From assembly GCA_937127195.1 (NCBI GenBank), contig CAKZLT010000687.1, positions 1 to 30,991 of the forward strand: a stretch of DNA of 30,991 bases. The letters are read 5' to 3'. The notes below the pieces were generated by a model. It was given only the letters and a program-made list of their open reading frames with translations, searched no databases and was not told where the DNA came from. How positions within the stretch are numbered: the first letter of the stretch is position 1; every line of letters begins with the position of its first letter. Positions 24,156-30,991 of the stretch are shown in pieces. The position numbers and the translations under genes are program-made. The stretch comes from an uncultured Saprospiraceae bacterium (GTDB lineage Bacteria; Bacteroidota; Bacteroidia; Chitinophagales; Saprospiraceae).

Positions 24156-25112
24156 TTAGGAGGACTTCTTTTTTCCTTTAAACAATCTTGAAAAATTCGT
24201 AGTATGAAAATTTAAATGATTTTGATTTTGATGTGTAATTTCTGGTTGAATAGCTTTGTGCAAATCAGGCAAGGCATGAAAAGGTACAGCAGGATAAGCA
24301 TGATGTTCTGCATGATAAGGCATATTCCACATGACAATTCTGACAATTTTAGGAACTTTCATACTTCGTGTTTTATCAAAAATATCGCCTTCATGACTCA
24401 AGCCATTGTGTTCCATGCTGACATAAAAGGCTAATAAACAATGTCCTACAACTTGTCCAAGGATAATTCCAAAAAAACGTTCATCTATCATAAAAGCATA
24501 ATAAAATACAAAAACATATACGCTTAAAAAGAAAATAGACTCAATAAAAATACTTCTTCTTTGAGTTGCCCGAACAAAAGGAAAAAATTGACTAATTAAA
24601 AATTTAGGCATTCCGAAAGCCCCGCAAACTACCATAAACAACTTAAATCCTAATAAAGGAATACCGCTTAACCAACTCAAATACATTCCAAAATTTGAGA
24701 TGACAGAAGGAACAGGACGACCACCTAATGAAATTTCTGGGTCTTTACCAGGAATGTGTGTATATCGATGATGTGTAAAATGTAATGCTCGAAACATACT
24801 TGGCGTATAAACATGAAATAAACCTGCTATAAATGAACTAATTCGATTCAATTTCTTGGATTTAAAAGCTGTTCCATGCCCTGTCTCATGTAATGCTGCA
24901 AACAAACTACAACATATAATAGCATATCCTAATTGTGCCAAAATCAAATAAAACCATGAACTGTTCCAAGTAGTGATAACTAAAACATTCATCGCTATAG
25001 CAGTAATAAACATAAGTGTAAACTTCAGAAATGCAGGTTTATCATTTCGTTGAGTTAATTGCTTTAATTTTTCTTTAGATAATATTGAACTATTATGGAA
25101 TTGCTCTTTCAT
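24156..25112 (-). CDS. Membrane fatty-acid desaturase superfamily di-iron enzyme, MocD (rhizopine oxygenase)-like subgroup
   Basis: His boxes HETGH, HFTHH and HAEHH, plus EHNG and WNMPYHAEHHAYPAVPFHALP. Start moved from TTG 25181 to ATG 25112. Confidence 0.85.
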   Translation of the reverse strand: MKEQFHNSSILSKEKLKQLTQRNDKPAFLKFTLMFITAIAMNVLVITTWNSSWFYLILAQLGYAIICCSLFAALHETGHGTAFKSKKLNRISSFIAGLFHVYTPSMFRALHFTHHRYTHIPGKDPEISLGGRPVPSVISNFGMYLSWLSGIPLLGFKLFMVVCGAFGMPKFLISQFFPFVRATQRRSIFIESIFFLSVYVFVFYYAFMIDERFFGIILGQVVGHCLLAFYVSMEHNGLSHEGDIFDKTRSMKVPKIVRIVMWNMPYHAEHHAYPAVPFHALPDLHKAIQPEITHQNQNHLNFHTTNFSRLFKGKKKSS

Positions 25113-25579
25113 AAAAATATTATTGTTGAATTTATGTACAAAAATAACATTTTCAAAATTATGATATTGAACTAATTTCAAGTATTTTTAATAATGGTAA
25201 AAAAGAGTATTATATTCAAGATAGTTCAAAGCTAAAAGAAGAGATATTTAATATGATTTTGCTAAATATTAAATTGAATGAAGCTGAGATAAATCAGAAG
25301 TGACCTCCCAAATGATAAACTAAACAAGGCTAAAGAGTCAGTGTGTAAAAAAAATAATATGTTTTTTATTGAAAAAATATTACGTTAGCTATTGACTTTT
25401 TCAAAATATAAACATAAATTGTATTCATAATAAACAATTAGTTAATTCTATAAAACAATAAATAAACAATTGCATATTTGGCAAAGAGTGATTTTGTCAA
25501 AACTTAAAGAAATACATTTTAGGATTGTATTTTTAACAAAAATAAAATCATCTCAGATGGATCCACCAAAATATTAAGG

Positions 25580-26100
25580 TATCAAATTTTAGAAAAGGCA
25601 TACAAGTTTGAAGGAATTTGAAATATTAAACTAAAAAAAATTAACATATTAGTATTTGACTAGTTACAAGGAGTAATGGCAGATACATAAAGTATCGATA
25701 GATATTTTATTCTTATTTATCAAACCAGTTTAGTATTTATCTTTTCAACTTGATTTTTTCTTAAAATAATAGATATAAGTATTAAAGAGTTATAATGTAT
25801 TGAACTCAAAAAGAAATTTTCATAGAAGCATTTGACTAGTTACAAGGAGTAATAGCGGATGCATAAAATGTCAAAGTGATGTTTTATAATTATTATTAAC
25901 CATTCCGTTCAGTATTATTTTTAATTACTTGATTTAGTTTTAAGAAACAAAGCGTACAAGTTTTAAAGCGTTGAACTCAAAAAGAAATTTCATATATCAG
26001 CATTTGACTAGTTACAAGGAGTAATGGCGGGTGCGTAAAATGTCAAAGTGATGTTTTATAATTATTATTAACCATTCTGTTCAACAATTGTCTTTATAAC
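25580..26100. repeat. Tandem array of three ~175-bp non-coding units with an invariant 24-nt core
   Basis: ATTTGACTAGTTACAAGGAGTAAT at 25654, 25830 and 26002 (periods 176 and 172); the flanks align along the whole unit but are diverged. Confidence 0.9.
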
Positions 26101-26724
26101 TTGCAGTTAAAAAAATTCATATTAATTTAATTATTGTTCTACTTAAATTTTATAAATTATTCAGAAGTAAGTGTTTATTCATTTTTTAATTTTGAGTAAT
26201 TTAAAATTAGTTTTATTGTAGAAATAGCAAATGATAAATTTGCCAAATAGTTTGGGGTGCAAGTATAAACGGAGTTTTAAATAATTCATGGTCTTGCAAA
26301 AAATGGTCAATAGTTAATAGCATTCTAATAAAATGAATTTATGAGCGTGCATTTGTTGACACATATTATTTAGACAAAACTTTATAAGTTTAAGAAGTCT
26401 AGAGATATTGAACCCAGATATTTGATAGTCGAACATAAAAATTATAGCGTGTATGAATAAATCTCTGTATTGCCTAAAAAGGAAATTTTAGATTTCTTTT
26501 TCAAGATTAGACTATATTAAGTAGTATTTGATTTTATCAAAAGTGATATAATTAATATTTATTTTGAGTATAAGACTTCCTTTAGAATGTTTTAAATTTT
26601 AAAAAGTCTTTCTTACATATCGTATCAAGTTTAAAGTATTATTATTACATATCTGAATTAGGCTTGATGTTTAAGACTTGAAATAATTACGAAAATATAG
26701 TTTAATAATAAAAGTTTAGTGAAG

Positions 26725-26756
26725 TGAGTGTATGATTAAGTTCATACACTCATTTT
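26725..26756 (+). terminator. Orphan intrinsic-terminator-like hairpin
   Basis: Perfect 11-bp stem TGAGTGTATGA-ttaagt-TCATACACTCA followed by TTTT; no annotated gene ends here. Confidence 0.6.
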
Positions 26757-27012
26757 GCGTTTAAGTCTCTTGTTTGCGCGCTTACTTATGCAATTTTATT
26801 TGAAACAACCATCTGCTCGCTGCGTCGGGTTGATGAATCTAGGTACGAACAGAGATAAAAAAGCCACCTTTCAATAGCCAAAAACATGAAAAACGTCAAA
26901 CTCTCTGTATTCTCCAACGTTTAAACTTATAATAAAAACCAGCCTTAGTCGAATTAAATTAACACTTCATTAATATTTGTTGCATATTCGTTTTATAAAA
27001 AATGAAGCAATA

Positions 27013-27909
27013 ATGAACGTATTACAACTAGAGAAAGTCCGTAAAACTTACCAAAATCACGTCGCAGTTGATGAAGTAAGTTTTAGTGTACCAGAAGGCA
27101 GTATATTTGGTTTGTTAGGACCAAATGGTGCTGGTAAAACGTCTTTGATTCGGATTATCACGACGATTACGAGGGCAGATAGTGGCGTTATATATCTGAA
27201 TGGCGACCAACTTAATGGCTCGCATCCGACACAGATCGGTTATATGCCCGAAGAACGCGGCTTATACAAAAAAATGAAAGTGGGCGAACATCTCACTTAC
27301 CTCGCTCGACTCAAAGGACTGAGTAAAAAAGAAGCCAAAACTCAAATAGATTACTGGTTAGAAAAATTTGAAATCCAAGATTGGCAAAAGAAAAAAGTTG
27401 AAGAGCTGTCGAAAGGAATGCAGCAAAAAATCCAATTTATTGCCACAGTCGTGCATCAACCCAAATTACTTATCCTTGATGAGCCATTTTCTGGACTCGA
27501 CCCTATCAATACGAACTTAATCAAAGACGAAATCCGCGAATTGCGAAAAAAAGGCGCAAGTATTATTTTTTCGACGCACCGAATGGAGCAAGTCGAGGAG
27601 ATTTGCGAACGCATTGTATTGATTAATCAGGGTAAAAATGTCTTGGAAGGGAATGTAAAAGATGTTAAAAATCAATTCAAAGAACATCTTTATCGTATCG
27701 AATATGATGGAGAGCTACCTTCAAATATCAATATCGGAGATGGATTAATCAAACAAGAAGAAGAGGCAATTATTGTTAAAATAGATAATGAACGAGACTC
27801 GAATTTGCTGTTGAGTCAGATGCTTCAATCAGGAACACATATTCGGTTGTTTCAAGAAATTCTACCAAGTTTGAATGAAATATTTATTAAACAGGTGGGG
27901 AGCAATTAA
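27013..27909 (+). CDS. ABC-2 type transporter ATP-binding protein (NatA/YhaQ-like)
   Basis: Walker A GPNGAGKT, signature LSKGMQQ, Walker B LILDEPFSGLDP, H-loop STH. Start moved from TTG 26977 to ATG 27013. Confidence 0.93.
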   Translation: MNVLQLEKVRKTYQNHVAVDEVSFSVPEGSIFGLLGPNGAGKTSLIRIITTITRADSGVIYLNGDQLNGSHPTQIGYMPEERGLYKKMKVGEHLTYLARLKGLSKKEAKTQIDYWLEKFEIQDWQKKKVEELSKGMQQKIQFIATVVHQPKLLILDEPFSGLDPINTNLIKDEIRELRKKGASIIFSTHRMEQVEEICERIVLINQGKNVLEGNVKDVKNQFKEHLYRIEYDGELPSNINIGDGLIKQEEEAIIVKIDNERDSNLLLSQMLQSGTHIRLFQEILPSLNEIFIKQVGSN

Positions 27910-28003
27910 TTAATAATTAGAAATTAACAATTAATAATTGCCTTTATTGGTGGTGTTTTTTATAAAAAAAGTGATGATAAAGTAAAAGGACGCTATAAAG
28001 GTG

Positions 28004-28033
28004 TCTCTTTTCTCTAAGCCCAAAGGGCGGTCT
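28004..28033 (+). repeat. Solo arm of the dispersed element also forming the 9461-9529 inverted repeat
   Basis: TCTCTTTTCTCTAAGCCCAAAGGGCGGTCT versus the reverse complement of 9461-9488, TCTCTTTTCTCTTAGCCGAAGGCGGTCT. Confidence 0.65.
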
Positions 28034-28066
28034 CTAATTCTCTTCTCTTCTTTAAAAAAATAGAAA

Positions 28067-29395
28067 ATGAATAATCTTTGGCTCATTATACAACGTGAAT
28101 ATTTGACGAGAGTAAAAAAACGCTCGTTTATTTTGATGACAATTCTAACGCCAATTATCATGGTTGCGTTTATTGTCATCGTTGGATTTATCTTTGCTTA
28201 CCAAGGTGACAAGACACGAATTGCTGTAAAAAACGACTCTGACATCAAGGTCGTGTTACCTTCACAGGGTAGTAAAACGGTTTTTGTTAATAAAAAAGAG
28301 CACCTTGATACGCTCAAAAATAACTATAAAGAATCGGACTTTGATGGTGTATTATATATTCCGCCAGTCTCGAATATGAATAATGATTGGCATGTTCAAT
28401 ATTTTTCGGAGCAGCAACTGTCATTGGTGATTAAGGAAAATATAGAAGGAAAAATTGCTAAACAACTGCGACGCTACAAAATTAAGGCGCTGAATATTAA
28501 TGAAAAGGATTTAGCAAATATCGAAAATACGAATGTCGCGCTGGATGAAACGAACCTTTCTATCAATGAAGCGGGTGAACTTGAAGAAAAAGAAACCAAA
28601 AATAGCGCAGCAATTGCAACAATATTGGGGACAATTATGGGCTTTATGGTTTATATCGTGCTTTTTGTGTACGGAATGATGGTGATGCGTTCGGTAATGG
28701 AAGAAAAAATGACGCGCATTGTGGAAGTGATGATTTCTTCAGTGAAACCTTTTGAACTGATGCTTGGAAAAATCATTGGCGTTGGTGGTGTTGGATTGAC
28801 TCAGTTTTTGATTTGGGGTATTTTGGGAACAGGGCTATTATTTGTTGCTCAATTCTTTATGCCTGAGATTGACCCGAGTCAAATCGACATGGCAAATGCA
28901 CCGAGTGCAACTGATATGGATGATATGCAAGCCAAAGTTTACGAAGTAATGGAGTTGGTGAGCGAACAAAATTGGGGATTAATTTTCTTTAGTTTTATCT
29001 TTTATTTCTTGGGTGGTTACTTCTTGTATGCTTCTTTGTTTGCGGCAGTTGGTTCGGCTATGGGCGATGACTTAGGCGAAGGTCAGTCGTTGACTTTACC
29101 GATTACTATTCCGATTATTTTGGCAATTTATATCATGTTTGCGGTTATCAATAATCCGAATAGTACCTTGGCGACTTGGTCGTCAATATTTCCGCTTTTC
29201 TCGCCAATCGTGATGCCTGCACGGATTCCATTTGAACCTGCATGGTGGGAATTAGGTTTATCGATGATTGTACTTTTGGCTACTTCGATTTTCTTTGTCT
29301 GGCTTTCTGGACGTATTTATCGAGTCGGAATTTTGATGTATGGTAAGAAGGTAAGTTTGAAGGAATTGGGAAAATGGATGTTTTATAAGGATTAG
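28067..29395 (+). CDS. ABC-2 type transporter permease (NatB/YhaP-like)
   Basis: REYLTRVKKRSF N-terminus, one TM helix, a large external loop, VMEEKMTRIVEVMISSV...GKIIG, then multiple TM helices. Confidence 0.92.
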   Translation: MNNLWLIIQREYLTRVKKRSFILMTILTPIIMVAFIVIVGFIFAYQGDKTRIAVKNDSDIKVVLPSQGSKTVFVNKKEHLDTLKNNYKESDFDGVLYIPPVSNMNNDWHVQYFSEQQLSLVIKENIEGKIAKQLRRYKIKALNINEKDLANIENTNVALDETNLSINEAGELEEKETKNSAAIATILGTIMGFMVYIVLFVYGMMVMRSVMEEKMTRIVEVMISSVKPFELMLGKIIGVGGVGLTQFLIWGILGTGLLFVAQFFMPEIDPSQIDMANAPSATDMDDMQAKVYEVMELVSEQNWGLIFFSFIFYFLGGYFLYASLFAAVGSAMGDDLGEGQSLTLPITIPIILAIYIMFAVINNPNSTLATWSSIFPLFSPIVMPARIPFEPAWWELGLSMIVLLATSIFFVWLSGRIYRVGILMYGKKVSLKELGKWMFYKD

Positions 29396-29414
29396 ATTTC
29401 AGTTGGTATCAATG

Positions 29415-29453
29415 AAAAGCCTAAGCAATTTTTTGGGAATTACTTAGGCTTTT
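29415..29453 (+). terminator. Intrinsic terminator of the ABC operon
   Basis: AAAAGCCTAAG...CTTAGGCTTTT perfect 11-bp arms with a T-run, 20 nt after the stop. Confidence 0.8.
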
Positions 29454-29612
29454 TTCTTTCCTTCAAGGAACTTTTTCTATATTAATTATGGTTAGTATAT
29501 AAGTGTGAACTCTCCTAAAATCTCCTTTCAAGATAGCTCACCATTTGAAGTGTTTTTATTTCTTTCCCAAACACTTATTCCAACTTTTTTTATAAAAATT
29601 AAAAACAATAAT

Positions 29613-30887
29613 ATGAAAGTTATAGACTTTAAAACCTATTTAGATAACCCTTTGTATTTGACTAATAGCGAAAAGAAAGAACTCTATGTATATGTAGATT
29701 TGAAAGCCGCGCTAGTAGAAAAAGAAACCGATAGAGTACCTTTAAACATTGCTGTTGTTATTGATAGAAGCGGCTCAATGTCTGGTGAAAAACTAGCTTA
29801 TGTTAAAAAAGCAACTGACTTTGTGATTGATAATTTGAATAGTGATGATTACCTGTCAATTGTTCAATATGACAATAAGGTAGATGTCGTTAGTAAATCA
29901 AAGGCGGTGACTGACAAGAAACGATTGCATAAAAAAGTCGCCGCAATTAAGGCTGGCGGAATGACAAACCTGAGTGGCGGAATGCTAGAAGGTTATACAC
30001 AGGTTGGACGTTCAAAGTCGGATAAATATGTAAATCGGGTATTATTACTTTCGGATGGCTTAGCAAATGAAGGCATCACCGACCCCGAAAAACTGCGCTC
30101 AATTGCCCAAAAACGCTTTCGTGAGCAAAGTATTGGCTTATCGACTTTTGGTGTTGGCTCAGGCTTTAATGAGTTATTGATGACTAACCTAGCAGAGTAT
30201 GGTGGTGCGAATTATTATTTTATTGATATGCCTGACCGTATTCCAGAGATTTTTGCAAAAGAGTTGGAAGGTTTACTTTCGGTTGTTGCGCAGAATGCAA
30301 AGTTGAAAATTGATTTTCCAAGTTCGTATTTGAAATGCACGAAAGTTTTTGGCTATCCTGCTATGATTAACGAAGCTTCGGTAGATGTGAATTTTAACGA
30401 TATATTTTCAGAAGAACAGAAAGCCATTTTATTAAAATTTGAAATCCAACGAAAAATAGATGAACCGTTGAAGTTAAAAATGGATTTATCTTATGATGAT
30501 GTGGCAGAAACATTGGATAAAGTCCATATTTCTGAGACTTTAATGCTAAAGCCTACTTCGGATAAATCTGCGGTTGAGCAATCAATTCACGCTTTAACAT
30601 ATCAAAATATTACGCTTTTTGAAGCAAATGCATCCTATGATCAAGCAATGTTGTTAGCTGACAAAAGAGAATTTGAAGCAGCCAAAAAGCTGGTAACAAA
30701 AGCGATTTTAATGATAGAAAATAGCTTAAAAATGTACCCTGATTCTGCCGAGTTGAGCAAACAATTAGAAGAACTTAAAAGCTATGAGAAGAAACTAGAG
30801 GAAATGAAAAGCTATTCTCGCGGTGAAATGCAAATGGCTCAAAAGTCTTCAAGAATGGCAAATTATAAGTTGCGTAAGAAGAGGTAA
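29613..30887 (+). CDS. von Willebrand factor A domain protein (MIDAS intact) with helical C-terminal extension
   Basis: PLNIAVVIDRSGSM (DxSxS), GGMTNLSGG, VLLLSDGLAN and TFGVGSGFNE motifs. Start moved from GTG 29505 to ATG 29613; no signal peptide. Confidence 0.88.
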   Translation: MKVIDFKTYLDNPLYLTNSEKKELYVYVDLKAALVEKETDRVPLNIAVVIDRSGSMSGEKLAYVKKATDFVIDNLNSDDYLSIVQYDNKVDVVSKSKAVTDKKRLHKKVAAIKAGGMTNLSGGMLEGYTQVGRSKSDKYVNRVLLLSDGLANEGITDPEKLRSIAQKRFREQSIGLSTFGVGSGFNELLMTNLAEYGGANYYFIDMPDRIPEIFAKELEGLLSVVAQNAKLKIDFPSSYLKCTKVFGYPAMINEASVDVNFNDIFSEEQKAILLKFEIQRKIDEPLKLKMDLSYDDVAETLDKVHISETLMLKPTSDKSAVEQSIHALTYQNITLFEANASYDQAMLLADKREFEAAKKLVTKAILMIENSLKMYPDSAELSKQLEELKSYEKKLEEMKSYSRGEMQMAQKSSRMANYKLRKKR

Positions 30888-30991
30888 AGAATCTTAGTTT
30901 TTTATAAAAAAGAATTGCCACCACCGAGGTTTCGCATACGCATCAACACTAAATTGTATAATGTTTAATTAAGTGATTAACAATAAATTAA

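Noticed and set aside
20446-25112. Gasdermin/caspase anti-phage operon
   Set aside because: No gasdermin-like or other effector ORF is adjacent, and the protease has a signal peptide.
25654-26025. CRISPR array interpretation of the identical 24-nt repeats
   Set aside because: The intervening segments are about 150 nt and homologous to each other rather than unique 25-45 nt spacers; no cas genes are in the window.
25660-26055. Small peptide genes in the repeat units (minus strand ...AITPCN*, plus strand MADT*/MAGA* after AGGAG)
   Set aside because: The minus frame has no conserved start and is closed by TAA after 15-18 codons. The plus-strand ATG is mutated to ATA in unit 2 and lies only 2 nt from AGGAG. 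Substitutions are not enriched at third positions.
26030-26059. cer/dif-like Xer site GGTGCGTAAAA-TGTCAAAG-TGATGTTTTAT
   Set aside because: The left arm is 10/11 to the cer XerC arm, but the XerD arm breaks the normally invariant TTATGTTAA. The match decays in the other repeat units, and the parS-like cluster points to the origin rather than the terminus.
26337-26520. Possible decayed gene (IYERAFVDTYYLDKT / YKFKKSRDIEPRYLIVEHK...)
   Set aside because: It needs one frameshift and one in-frame stop within about 60 codons, has no start and matches no motif I recognise.
27931-28179. 82-aa minus-strand ORF across the ABC operon gap
   Set aside because: It overlaps the permease antisense and runs through a repeat arm; no family features.

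Overview
AT-rich chromosomal window from a Bacteroidota genome, inferred from a T9SS C-terminal domain, TAnnTTTG promoter boxes, Gln-after-signal-peptide proteins and a Bacteroidota-type TonB domain. I support 16 real CDS. The left part is housekeeping-like: SRAP/YedK, a DUF4175-type coiled-coil protein, an RsbW-like ATPase abutting ybeY, a DUF6702/HupE-UreJ/M1 aminopeptidase trio, a TPR protein and a T9SS-secreted endonuclease I. Three identical, co-oriented parS-like sites with a non-canonical asymmetric core suggest the window lies near the origin. The most interesting object is a 1671-aa signal-peptide thioester protein. It has an intact GCFEQ motif, a His at the position of the complement C3/C4B catalytic His, and a TonB C-terminal domain plus a carboxypeptidase-regulatory-like domain inserted in a polybasic bait region. 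A secreted WD40-caspase-family protease with predicted Arg/Lys specificity lies 2.7 kb away. The right part has ahcY, a MocD-like desaturase, a 1.9-kb gene-free stretch with a ~175-bp tandem repeat array whose 24-nt core is invariant, an ABC-2 exporter pair and a VWA protein. All family calls come from motif recognition by eye; no searches were run.
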